Below are positions 9,485-17,031 of a stretch of DNA of 37,252 nucleotides, piece after piece; positions within the stretch are counted from its first letter, which is position 1, and each line of letters begins with the position of its first letter. This stretch comes from Patescibacteria group bacterium. GTDB lineage: Bacteria > Patescibacteriota > Microgenomatia > Levybacterales > UBA12049. The position numbers were made by a program, and so were the translations under genes. Under the pieces are notes generated by a model, which was given only the letters and a program-made list of their open reading frames with translations, was not told the origin of the DNA and ran no database searches. Location of the stretch: positions 1 to 37,252 of the forward strand of contig JBBUBI010000028.1 of the NCBI GenBank assembly GCA_038058335.1, written 5' to 3'.

Positions 9485-10011
9485 CTTTATTTTCTAAATT
9501 AACCAGCAAGAAGGGAAGACGTGGATCTACTCTCATAGAGCTTTTACTATACATCGGGATTTTTTCAATTCTTACAGCCGTACTTTTTCAATTTTTTGGG
9601 ACTATCATCGATACACAGCTTGAATCACAAAGTACTTCATCAGTTCTATTGGATGGACAGTATGCTCTTAACCGATTTAATTATGATATTAAGCGGGCAG
9701 ATAGTATCATTTCACCTGCGATTGGAGAACAATCTTCAACGCTACAGCTATCCATCGACAGCATCACATATACGTATACCCTGATTGATGGAGATATTAC
9801 AATTGCAAGTAGTGGGACTCAGACCACGGACCAACTAAACAGCGTGAATACCAACTCTTCTAATCTCAGCTTTACTCATCTTGGAGATACTCAGAGCGGA
9901 AATGTTGAGACCATAACCATATCATTTACACTTGCAAGCGATATTGCCAACCGGGGGAATCCGGAAGCAAGAAATTATAAATCAACATTTGGTATTCGTC
10001 CAAGACAATAA
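9481..10011 (+). CDS. prepilin-type minor pilin
   Basis: ...KKGRRG|STLIELLLYIGIFSILTAVLF with Glu at +5. ATGA overlap with the preceding gene. Confidence 0.75.
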   Translation: MTLFSKLTSKKGRRGSTLIELLLYIGIFSILTAVLFQFFGTIIDTQLESQSTSSVLLDGQYALNRFNYDIKRADSIISPAIGEQSSTLQLSIDSITYTYTLIDGDITIASSGTQTTDQLNSVNTNSSNLSFTHLGDTQSGNVETITISFTLASDIANRGNPEARNYKSTFGIRPRQ

Positions 10012-10016
10012 GAAAT

Positions 10017-10400
10017 ATGCTAAATCAATTAATTAATTTAAGAAATTCCAAAGGACAAGCGCTCGTAACATTGCTGTTTTTTGTAATTATTGGTATAACA
10101 ATAATATCGGCAGAAGCAATCGTTCTTTACACAAACATCCTTTCTGCAAGCACGGCAGAGCAGGGAATGGATGCATATTATCTTGCAGAAAGCGGTATTG
10201 AAGAAGGATTAATTCGTTTAATTCGCGATCCAAGTTATAGTGGGGGATCGCTTACTGTTGGCTCAGGAACCGTTGACATACAAGTTGCAAGTGGGATAAT
10301 TACGGCAACTGGCACATTCCATAATGCCATCAGGAAAATTCAGGTAACAACGGCGAACATTAATGGTGCGATAGCGGTCGATTCCTGGGAGGAAATTTAA
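10017..10400 (+). CDS. PilX/GspK-like minor pilin lacking Glu+5
   Basis: ...NSKG|QALVTLLFFVIIGITII: hydrophobic pilin-like N-terminus with Thr instead of Glu at +5. Confidence 0.6.
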   Translation: MLNQLINLRNSKGQALVTLLFFVIIGITIISAEAIVLYTNILSASTAEQGMDAYYLAESGIEEGLIRLIRDPSYSGGSLTVGSGTVDIQVASGIITATGTFHNAIRKIQVTTANINGAIAVDSWEEI

Positions 10401-10401
10401 A

Positions 10402-11223
10402 ATGAATTCTTTAAATAAACAAACCATAGTTTGCTATATTGACAGCAGTAAAATTCTTTTTTATCTGGGCATGACTGGCGCGATACTTCAGCTTGACTTT
10501 CCACCGGAGGTTCTATCGTACATGGATCTTCTCCGCAAGGATAAATTTGAGCAGCTTATTGAAGTCTTTCTTCAACAAAACAAATTGGCTGGAGGCAATT
10601 GCATTATAATTTATTCTGCTAATTCATCCTTTGATAAAGATTTTGCGGAAAATGAATCCGGAAAGGATGATGCTGAAATACAGAAATTTATCGATATAGT
10701 TCCTTTCGAAGATGTCTTAAGTAAAGCTTACAAGCTAAACAAGAAAACAAAAGTTGTTGCTATAAACAATCGAATAAATGAGTCAATTAGATTTGTTCTG
10801 GAGAGAAACAAATTCCTTATTCACGCTATAATTCCGGTATCAATTCTTCAAGAAACTTTTCCAGAATTAAAAACGAACATTGACTTAGGATTTATATCTA
10901 GTAAGGCAGACTCGATAAAACAATTTAGTATTATAAGCGGCAGCGTAACTAATAGTAGTTTGACAGTTGAAAAGAAACCTGAATCAAAAGAAAAAAATAA
11001 GAGACCTTATGTGTTAGGAGGTGTATTCGGTGCCCTTCTTGTTATTTTAATCATAGTTATTGTAGCCAATCTCTCACAACCTCCTCCAAAAAAGCCTTCA
11101 GGAATAATTGGTTCACCACCACCACAGACACCAAGACCTGTAATAGAAGAAACATCCAGAAATGAGAACCCACCTGTGATAATGGAAACATCCTCAACCC
11201 CAAGTGGTGCTATAAATCAGTGA
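10402..11223 (+). CDS. bitopic membrane protein in the pilus operon (possible assembly component), with a Pro-rich C-terminal tail
   Basis: 273 aa, single TM VLGGVFGALLVILIIVIVANL near residue 205, then PPPKKPSGIIGSPPPQTPRPV.... SD GGGAGGAAA upstream. Any function is inferred from operon position only. Confidence 0.55.
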   Translation: MNSLNKQTIVCYIDSSKILFYLGMTGAILQLDFPPEVLSYMDLLRKDKFEQLIEVFLQQNKLAGGNCIIIYSANSSFDKDFAENESGKDDAEIQKFIDIVPFEDVLSKAYKLNKKTKVVAINNRINESIRFVLERNKFLIHAIIPVSILQETFPELKTNIDLGFISSKADSIKQFSIISGSVTNSSLTVEKKPESKEKNKRPYVLGGVFGALLVILIIVIVANLSQPPPKKPSGIIGSPPPQTPRPVIEETSRNENPPVIMETSSTPSGAINQ

Positions 11224-11255
11224 TTAAAAATCGAATCTAGCCTCAAAATTGCCTA

Positions 11256-11285
11256 TTGACAAGATGTTTTAATTATGTGAATAAT
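11256..11285 (+). promoter_or_regulatory. sigma70-like promoter of pilin copy 1 (TTGACA-N18-AATAAT)
   Basis: TTGACA at 11256..11261 and AATAAT at 11280..11285. Only 10 nt separate the -10 box from the ATG, with no SD. Confidence 0.55.
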
Positions 11286-11295
11286 TAATACATAC

Positions 11296-11802
11296 ATGAA
11301 AACAAATCTGCCCAGATTAGTTAAGACTCAATCTTCAAAAGGTTTTACTCTTATTGAGCTTCTCGTCGTTATCGGTATCCTAGCAATTCTTCTCTCGATC
11401 GTTCTTATCGCCATTAACCCAGCAAGACAATTTGGTCAGGCAAATGACACAAAAAGACAAAGTGCTGTAACTCAAATACTTAATGCAGTCGGAGCATATC
11501 ATGCTGATAATAAGGGGCAATTGCCACTTAATATTCCAGTATCACCAGCAGCAGCAGCACAAATAGCATGGGACGGTGTTACACCAAATGCACCAGGTAA
11601 TATCTGCGCTGCTCTATTGGGAACTGCTGGTGATGGATATATCCCTGCTCTACCAGTAGATCCAACACTTACTGGAGGAGACATTACTAATTGCGCAGCT
11701 TTATATGCTACTGGATACTTTATAGTGCAGGATGCAAACGGAAGAGTAACGGTATCAGCTCCAAGCTCAGAAGTTACCACTCCAATTACGATAACCCGAT
11801 AA
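11296..11802 (+). CDS. type IV major pilin, copy 1
   Basis: ...SSKG|FTLIELLVVIGILAILLSIVLIAINP, a canonical class III signal and alpha-1 helix. Two Cys (NICAAL...TNCAAL) could form a C-terminal disulfide loop. Confidence 0.9.
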   Translation: MKTNLPRLVKTQSSKGFTLIELLVVIGILAILLSIVLIAINPARQFGQANDTKRQSAVTQILNAVGAYHADNKGQLPLNIPVSPAAAAQIAWDGVTPNAPGNICAALLGTAGDGYIPALPVDPTLTGGDITNCAALYATGYFIVQDANGRVTVSAPSSEVTTPITITR

Positions 11803-11818
11803 TTTACACATACAATCT

Positions 11819-12049
11819 ATGGCAGTAAAAAAATCGTCTGAACATTCTAAGGGCAAGCATCACGAACACAATCTGAAAGCTTTAACTTCATTTATGGTAT
11901 TAGCAATTGGCTTCGGAGTCTTTTTTCTTTTCTACCAAAATCAAGAAAATCTTACAGACCCATCTATTGTTAAGCAATTCATATTACTCGTAATTGTGCT
12001 ATCAGCGTTTTTATTTGGTCTATTATATCTTCTCAATCCTAAAAAATAG
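11819..12049 (+). CDS. small two-TM membrane protein downstream of the pilin
   Basis: 76-aa ORF with two hydrophobic segments. A truncated remnant of it follows pilin copy 2. Confidence 0.55.
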   Translation: MAVKKSSEHSKGKHHEHNLKALTSFMVLAIGFGVFFLFYQNQENLTDPSIVKQFILLVIVLSAFLFGLLYLLNPKK

Positions 12050-12187
12050 TTTATGTAGGATTAGCTCCTTTGTGATTATTTTTCTAAGTTATTACCATAG
12101 AAACTAATGTAATTTATATTTAAAAATAAAATATTTAATTAAAATTTTCCAACTACCTATTCCCTAATCTAGCCTCAAAATTGCCTA

Positions 12188-12217
12188 TTGACAAGATGTT
12201 TTAATTATGTGAATAAT
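12188..12217 (+). promoter_or_regulatory. sigma70-like promoter of pilin copy 2
   Basis: Identical TTGACA-N18-AATAAT element, duplicated with the cassette. Confidence 0.55.
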
Positions 12218-12227
12218 TAATACATAC

Positions 12228-12740
12228 ATGAAAAGAAATCTGCCCAGATTAGTTAAGACTCAATCTTCAAAGGGTTTTACATTAATTGAACTTCTAGTCG
12301 TAATCGGAATTTTAGCAATCCTTCTCTCTATTGTTCTTATAGCCATTAACCCAGCAAGACAATTTGGTCAGGCAAATGACACAAAAAGACAAAGCGCTGT
12401 AACTCAAATACTTAATGCAGTCGGAGCATATCATGCTGATAATAAAGGGCAATTGCCACCTAATATTCCAGTAGGAGTCGTTGGAACCAATGAGGTTCAA
12501 ATCGCATGGGATGGTATTACTGCAAATGCACCAGGTAATATTTGCTCTGCTCTATTGGGAACTGCTGGTGATGGATATATCCCTGCTCTACCAGTAGATC
12601 CAACGCTTACTGGAGGAGACATTACTAATTGCTCAATTGCATATGCTACTGGATACTTTATAGTACAGGATGCAAACGGAAGAGTAACAGTAATTGCTCC
12701 AAGCTCAGAAGTTACCACTCCAATTCAAATAACCAGATAA
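12228..12740 (+). CDS. type IV major pilin, copy 2 (variant central region)
   Basis: The N-terminal ~77 aa are almost identical to copy 1. The central segment differs (PNIPVGVVGTNEVQIAWDGITANA vs LNIPVSPAAAAQIAWDGVTPNA). Confidence 0.9.
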   Translation: MKRNLPRLVKTQSSKGFTLIELLVVIGILAILLSIVLIAINPARQFGQANDTKRQSAVTQILNAVGAYHADNKGQLPPNIPVGVVGTNEVQIAWDGITANAPGNICSALLGTAGDGYIPALPVDPTLTGGDITNCSIAYATGYFIVQDANGRVTVIAPSSEVTTPIQITR

Positions 12741-12756
12741 TTTATACATATAATCT

Positions 12757-12871
12757 ATGGCAGTAAAAAAATCTTACAGATCCATCTATTGTTAAGCAAT
12801 TCATTTTACTCGTAATTGTGCTATCTGCCTTTCTATTTGGACTTCTTTATCTTCTTAATCCAAAAAAATAA
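12757..12871 (+). pseudogene. deletion remnant of the small membrane ORF
   Basis: ATGGCAGTAAAAAAATC is joined directly to TTACAGA.... This lacks the 116 nt present at 11836..11951 in copy 1, shifts the frame and gives MAVKKSYRSIYC-stop. Confidence 0.8.
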
Positions 12872-12875
12872 ACAC

Positions 12876-13745
12876 TTACGGAAGACTTTCGCAGACTACT
12901 CCATCTCTATCCGAATCCAGTTTGTGCGGATCGATACCTGGCTCGCCATTTTCAATGAAAAAATCCTGCGCTTCTCTCTGGGTCGCAAAATCCTTACAAT
13001 CCCTATCTCCCTCAATACTCTTCGAACTTCCGACCTGCGAGGTCGATGAGCCTGAAACCTGCGAGGTTGAATTTGAGATTGAATTTTGACAAGAATTATC
13101 TGCCCAAAGCCCACGTTTTTCATTTTGTGCTTCTAGCTGAGCATTCTTGTAGGAAGATTGATATTTATAAGGAGTATTGTACGTGTATTCGTAAGCATAT
13201 CCTTGAGATATCATTTGCAAACCGTAATCAACATTTCCATCATCTGCAAAAACATAACGAAGAAGCCTTTGGTATTTATCACGCTCCCCTTGACCCTCAT
13301 CTTTTTCAAGCCAAGCTTGGTAATTTTTTGACTTGAAATATTCTTTCGCTTTATTTGATGCTTCAATTCCAAAACACTCAACACCAGTCCTTGGATCTAC
13401 AGTCTCCGGAGTATTGATGCCGATTATCCTTATCGTTTGATTTTGACCGTTCAAATTGACTGTAATCGTATCTCCATCCACAACTTTCACAATCATCGCT
13501 TGCTCTAAATTTCTTAGAGAAGCAGTGTTTTCTTCAAGCCGTGAAGACAAAGAGGGAGCAGGGGAGTTGGGAAGATTTAATTCTGGTGTAGGACTTTCAA
13601 TCTGCTCCTTATTATTAGTACTCAGTACTTCTTGACCTACATCATCTAAAGACTTCTTGGAAAGAGGAAGAATTATGATTAAAATCGTGAATATTACAAT
13701 TGAAGCCAGTCCAATTATTCTTCTATTCACAATAGAACTATACAA
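12876..13745 (-). CDS. membrane-anchored or secreted thermonuclease (SNase-like) with a C-terminal Excalibur Ca-binding domain
   Basis: ...VVDGDTITV...IRIIGINTPE...RDKYQRLLRYVF...GLWAD (staphylococcal-nuclease pattern) plus DSDRDGVVCE (Excalibur DxDxDGxxCE). N-terminal TM segment. The start is non-ATG (TTG 13745 or GTG 13730). Confidence 0.8.
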   Translation of the reverse strand: MYSSIVNRRIIGLASIVIFTILIIILPLSKKSLDDVGQEVLSTNNKEQIESPTPELNLPNSPAPSLSSRLEENTASLRNLEQAMIVKVVDGDTITVNLNGQNQTIRIIGINTPETVDPRTGVECFGIEASNKAKEYFKSKNYQAWLEKDEGQGERDKYQRLLRYVFADDGNVDYGLQMISQGYAYEYTYNTPYKYQSSYKNAQLEAQNEKRGLWADNSCQNSISNSTSQVSGSSTSQVGSSKSIEGDRDCKDFATQREAQDFFIENGEPGIDPHKLDSDRDGVVCESLP

Positions 13746-13872
13746 CAGGAATATTTTCCAAGCAAATTTAGGTTCTGATTATTTAGGTGCCGTACCTGTA
13801 ACACCTGGAAGGTGAAACAAGATCGCTACCTTCTTACGCTTCAGTTAGCAGTGAAATACTTTTCGGACAATC

Positions 13873-14838
13873 CTAAGCTCTGACTAGACGGCAGGTGGGG
13901 ATGGAAATTTGGATTTGGAAGAATCTGAAGTTAAGCGTTTTAATCTGCGTCGAGCAAGTCACTGTAAAAAGCCTTGGAAAGGGTAATGGCGAAGGAACAG
14001 GCGACACGATCGGAGTTATTGTTGGCACTGCAGTTGGTGCAACTGTAACCGTAGGGATAGCTGTAGGCTCTGTAGTTGGTGTGGGAATAGATGTTGGTTC
14101 GATTGTAGGCGTAGGAACTTCAGTAGGAACAACCGTTGGCTCAAGAGTTGGTGTGGGAACTTCTGACGGAGTAGGCACAGCTACAGGCTCAACGCTTGAA
14201 GAGCTATTCTGAGGTTGAGAAATAGTCCTCACGATAAAATCTGCGGAATTATCATCTGTATCCTCTGCATTACCTAAAAACTCATCAATTCCAGCTATAT
14301 CCATAGAGACAATAGTTGAGGAAGAATTTGCCTTTCTCTCAACACTTTGCCCGGCAGAAGGCGTTGCTGGCGGAGCTCCTTCCCCAAGAGTATGAAGAGC
14401 AACTCCAATTGTAAGCGCATCAATTATAGTTCCTGTATTCAGGGCTCCATCACGAAGCGCAATTGTGTTGTTGTTCGAAATTGTGTCTGCTGAATGCTTA
14501 TCGCATCCTAAATTTGAGGAAATATGATTAAAACACCAAAGTAAAAAACCGTGCGAAGCAATTACATCACTTGCGCCAAAATTGACAATTAGTGTATCCG
14601 TTGATCCGCTGCTAGTCCTCTTAACAAGATTAAAGCTCGATAAATTAACAGGCAGAGAAGTCGGATTGTAGAGTTCGATAAAATCAGCGCTTGCCGAAGC
14701 TCCCGCTATCTGAACCTCGGAAATTACTATACTAGTCGCAGTAGCTGATTCGGCTTTGGAAGCTGTGTTGAAGAAAATAACCAGACCTCCGATCAGTAAA
14801 ACCGCGGGCAAAAGCCAGAGCAGGTTGACCTTTTTCAT
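13873..14838 (-). CDS. secreted lamin-tail-domain (LTD) protein with a Pro/Thr-rich repeat tail
   Basis: Signal-like N-terminus, then ...VISEVQIAG...ADFIELYNPTSLPVNLSSFNLV... (LTD signature) and (E)PT-rich repeats PTPTLEPTVVPTEVPTPTIEPTSIPTPTTEPT. Confidence 0.7.
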   Translation of the reverse strand: MKKVNLLWLLPAVLLIGGLVIFFNTASKAESATATSIVISEVQIAGASASADFIELYNPTSLPVNLSSFNLVKRTSSGSTDTLIVNFGASDVIASHGFLLWCFNHISSNLGCDKHSADTISNNNTIALRDGALNTGTIIDALTIGVALHTLGEGAPPATPSAGQSVERKANSSSTIVSMDIAGIDEFLGNAEDTDDNSADFIVRTISQPQNSSSSVEPVAVPTPSEVPTPTLEPTVVPTEVPTPTIEPTSIPTPTTEPTAIPTVTVAPTAVPTITPIVSPVPSPLPFPRLFTVTCSTQIKTLNFRFFQIQISIPTCRLVRA

Positions 14839-14928
14839 ATTAAAGTTATCTTAATGTTAAAAGATAAACTCAGTCAATTATGCAAATAATAATCAAAAGA
14901 TATCAGTCTAGACCAATTTAAAAAAATG

Positions 14929-15000
14929 AGCGGGAAACGGGGATCGAACCCGCGACCTTCTCGTTGGCAACGAGACGCTCTACCACTGAGCTACTCCCGC
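14929..15000 (-). tRNA. tRNA-Gly(GCC)
   Basis: Reverse complement GCGGGAGTAGCTCAGTGGTAGAGCG TCTCG TTGCCAA CGAGA AGGTC GCGGGTTCGATCCCCGT TTCCCGC T folds as a cloverleaf with U73. No CCA encoded. Confidence 0.9.
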
Positions 15001-15093
15001 ACTTCGTCACTTCGTTCCTCAGTGCAAGCTTTTTATAATAACACAATTGCTTATTCTGAGCAAAATCAGTTTACCCTGAGCAAAGTGAATGAG

Positions 15094-15166
15094 TGCCGAG
15101 AGTGTGAGTCGAACACACATGGCCTGTTCTTCAGACAGGTGCCTTGACCACCTTGGCTATCTCGGC
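15094..15166 (-). tRNA. tRNA-Phe(GAA)
   Basis: Reverse complement GCCGAGA TA GCCAAGGTGGTCAAGGC A CCTGT CTGAAGA ACAGG CCAT GTGTG TTCGACT CACAC TCTCGGC A. Atypical D-arm. No CCA encoded. Confidence 0.8.
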
Positions 15167-15192
15167 TTGCTTGCATTTCATTTGTCAAAATG

Positions 15193-15265
15193 TGGGCGAT
15201 GCAGGTCTCGAACCCGCGACATTTGCGATGTAAACGCAACGCTCTACCAACTGAGCTAATCGCCC
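15193..15265 (-). tRNA. tRNA-Val(TAC)
   Basis: Reverse complement GGGCGAT TA GCTCAGTTGGTAGAGC G TTGCG TTTACAT CGCAA ATGTC GCGGG TTCGAGA CCTGC ATCGCCC A. No CCA encoded. Confidence 0.9.
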
Positions 15266-15288
15266 TTAACTATAACATAGAGTGTTTG

Positions 15289-15375
15289 TACCGAGGACAG
15301 GACTTGAACCTGCACGCCTTATTTAAGGGCACAAGAACCTCAATCTTGCGTGTCTACCAATTTCACCACCTCGGC
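15289..15375 (-). tRNA. tRNA-Leu(GAG)
   Basis: Reverse complement GCCGAGGTGGTGAAATTGGTAGACACG CAAGA TTGAGGT TCTTG with a long variable arm, then GCAGGTTCAAGTCCTGT CCTCGGT A. No CCA encoded. Confidence 0.88.
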
Positions 15376-15384
15376 AGGATAAAC

Positions 15385-15393
15385 ATTATAGCA
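15385..15393 (-). promoter_or_regulatory. extended -10 box (TGCTATAAT) inside the tRNA array, upstream of tRNA-Leu(GAG)
   Basis: Minus-strand TGCTATAAT. The predicted start is about 3 nt upstream of the mature 5' end at 15375. It overlaps a perfect 15-nt palindrome, tagcaaaatttgcta (15389..15403). Confidence 0.4.
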
Positions 15394-15408
15394 AAATTTG
15401 CTAAATTG

Positions 15409-15491
15409 TGCCCGAGGGGAGACTTGAACTCCCATGCTCTTGCGAGCACTAACTCCTGAAGCTAGCGCGTCTACCGTTTCGCCACCCGGGC
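15409..15491 (-). tRNA. tRNA-Leu(CAG)
   Basis: Reverse complement GCCCGGGTGGCGAAACGGTAGACGCG CTAGC TTCAGGA GTTAG with a long variable arm, then GGGAGTTCAAGTCTCCC CTCGGGC A. No CCA encoded. A TGATAAAAT box lies about 20 nt upstream. Confidence 0.88.
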
Positions 15492-15635
15492 TTTTATGAA
15501 TGTGCCTTCAAATTTTATCAGAAATAAAACTATATTAAAAGGATTTGAGAATAAGCTTATTAGCCTCGGGAACTTGACCCAGATCCAATCGGGGTTGACA
15601 AAAAGTTGCTGATTGTGCAAGATATAAACACTTGC

Positions 15636-16208
15636 ATGAAGAAGTTTTTACTGTCCATACTCTTCTTTACAACTACCCCTTTAGTGCTTTTTCTAAGCAT
15701 AGTTTTTCTATCGTATTTTTCATTCCAAAGCGGTAAGACTTCACTCTTTGGCTATCCCCACAACTCCGTCGCATTCGCAGCTCTTCCCACAGCTGACTTT
15801 CAACTTGAAGACCAGATACTTTCAAAAGATGCCCGAGTAGAAAGCCTAAGGGCTTTTCTTAAGAAGCATAATTCGCCTCTGGAGGATCATTCTGAGGAAT
15901 TTGTAGATTCGGCAGAAAAATACAGCCTTGATTACCGGCTCCTGCCGGCTATAGCCATGCAGGAATCCAATCTTTGTAAGAAAACACCTAAGGGATCAAA
16001 TAACTGCTGGGGCTTTGGCATTTATGGCAAGAAGGTTACCAAGTTCCCTAACTACGAAGAGGCGATTGATACCGTGTCAAAAACGTTAGCAGAGAATTAT
16101 CACTCAATTGGTCTTACCACACCTGAAGAGATTATGACCAAATATACTCCTTCAAACAATGGAGAGTGGGCAGAAAGCGTAAATTACTTCATGAATCAGC
16201 TCTACTAA
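15636..16208 (+). CDS. secreted lysozyme-like (GH73 / lytic-transglycosylase-type ES motif) protein, paralog 1
   Basis: I prefer ATG 15636 (MKKFLLSILFF..., signal or TM-like) over the TTG at 15606. ...YRLLPAIAMQESNLCKK...NNCWGFGIYG... aligns with the paralog at 16376. Confidence 0.6.
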   Translation: MKKFLLSILFFTTTPLVLFLSIVFLSYFSFQSGKTSLFGYPHNSVAFAALPTADFQLEDQILSKDARVESLRAFLKKHNSPLEDHSEEFVDSAEKYSLDYRLLPAIAMQESNLCKKTPKGSNNCWGFGIYGKKVTKFPNYEEAIDTVSKTLAENYHSIGLTTPEEIMTKYTPSNNGEWAESVNYFMNQLY

Positions 16209-16223
16209 TCCCATAGTTTACCA

Positions 16224-16252
16224 CTTGACAAACCTATAGTTCTGTAGTATAA
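16224..16252 (+). promoter_or_regulatory. perfect consensus sigma70 promoter (TTGACA-N17-TATAAT)
   Basis: TTGACA at 16224..16229, a 17-nt spacer, and TATAAT at 16247..16252. Confidence 0.6.
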
Positions 16253-16261
16253 TACTTTCAG

Positions 16262-16307
16262 ATCCTAAGGTATGCCATATCCAAATGCATACGTTAGGAT
16301 TTTTTTA
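16262..16307 (+). terminator. intrinsic terminator-like hairpin plus U7
   Basis: atcctaaggtatgc (16262..16275) pairs with gcatacgttaggat (16287..16300): 14 bp with one mismatch. It is followed by ttttttt (16301..16307). Confidence 0.6.
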
Positions 16308-16375
16308 TGGCTTGAAAAAGCCTACCTTATAAATCTGCGTTAAGATCCTGTCCATTTTTTTGTTCAATAACCCAT

Positions 16376-16915
16376 ATGAAAATTAAATTTATTATATTTT
16401 TATTTATATTTCTTGCACTCTTTGCGACTAAGGCTGATGCATTCAGTAAATCATCTGCTGTGCTTGCGCAAGCTGAATTAAAAGACATAAATGACGAAAG
16501 AGTGAATAAGCTCAAGGCATACCTTGAAGCCAACAATTCACCTATTGCATCTGATGCTAGAGTCTTTGTAGAAACGGCTGATCAATACAATCTTGACTGG
16601 AAACTCGTCGCAGCTATTTCAGGACTTGAATCAGGTTTTGGAAATCATATTCCTGCAAATTCATACAATGCATGGGGCTGGGGAGTCTATGGCGGAAAAG
16701 TTACATACTTTACCTCATGGGAAGATGGAATTAGAACCATATCTCAGGGACTCAGAGAAAGATACATGAACGAGCGCGGAGCACAAAACGTATACCAGAT
16801 CGGGAGTACCTATGCGGCAAGTCCTACATGGGCACAAAGAGTAATAATGTTTATGGATAGGATTGAGAATTACACAGCGCTTGATTCGATAGAAAGTCTT
16901 TCAATTACGCTATAA
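16376..16915 (+). CDS. secreted lysozyme-like protein, paralog 2
   Basis: Signal peptide MKIKFIIFLFIFLALFATKADA. ...WKLVAAISGLESGFGNHIPANSYNAWGWGVYG... is homologous to 15636..16208. Confidence 0.65.
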   Translation: MKIKFIIFLFIFLALFATKADAFSKSSAVLAQAELKDINDERVNKLKAYLEANNSPIASDARVFVETADQYNLDWKLVAAISGLESGFGNHIPANSYNAWGWGVYGGKVTYFTSWEDGIRTISQGLRERYMNERGAQNVYQIGSTYAASPTWAQRVIMFMDRIENYTALDSIESLSITL

Positions 16916-16936
16916 AAGCAGTATAATTGACTGCGA

Positions 16937-17021
16937 GCGGATGTGGCGGAATTGGCAGACGCGCATGGTTTAGGACCATGTGGGGTAACCCTTGGAGGTT
17001 CAAGTCCTCTCATCCGCACCA
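16937..17021 (+). tRNA. tRNA-Leu(TAG) with encoded CCA
   Basis: GCGGATGTGGCGGAATTGGCAGACGCG CATGG TTTAGGA CCATG with a long variable arm, then GGAGGTTCAAGTCCTCT CATCCGC A CCA. TATAAT at 16922..16927 puts the predicted start about 3 nt upstream. Confidence 0.9.
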
Positions 17022-17031
17022 AAAATATTTC

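Larger units (their letters stand above)
11234..12049 (+). repeat. pilin cassette, tandem copy 1 (promoter + pilin + small membrane ORF)
   Basis: Near-identical to 12166..12871 at an offset of 932 nt. Identity starts at aatctagcctcaaaattgcctattgacaag. Confidence 0.9.
12166..12871 (+). repeat. pilin cassette, tandem copy 2 (116-nt internal deletion in the downstream ORF)
   Basis: Same promoter, pilin and ORF tail as copy 1. The length difference (816 vs 706 nt) equals +6 nt in the pilin and -116 nt in the small ORF. Confidence 0.9.

Noticed and set aside
15266-15288. TGTTATAGT in the Leu(GAG)-Val(TAC) spacer as another promoter
   Set aside because: It ends only 3 nt before the tRNA-Val 5' end, so the start would lie inside the tRNA. 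It most likely matches by chance, and it is kept as a caution for the leaderless-promoter finding.
14926-15459. ORF-track ORFs 14926..15147 and 15190..15459 (+)
   Set aside because: They are translations of the opposite strand of five tRNA genes. The peptides contain the typical tRNA-derived GSNPRP / VSNPRH strings. They are not genes.
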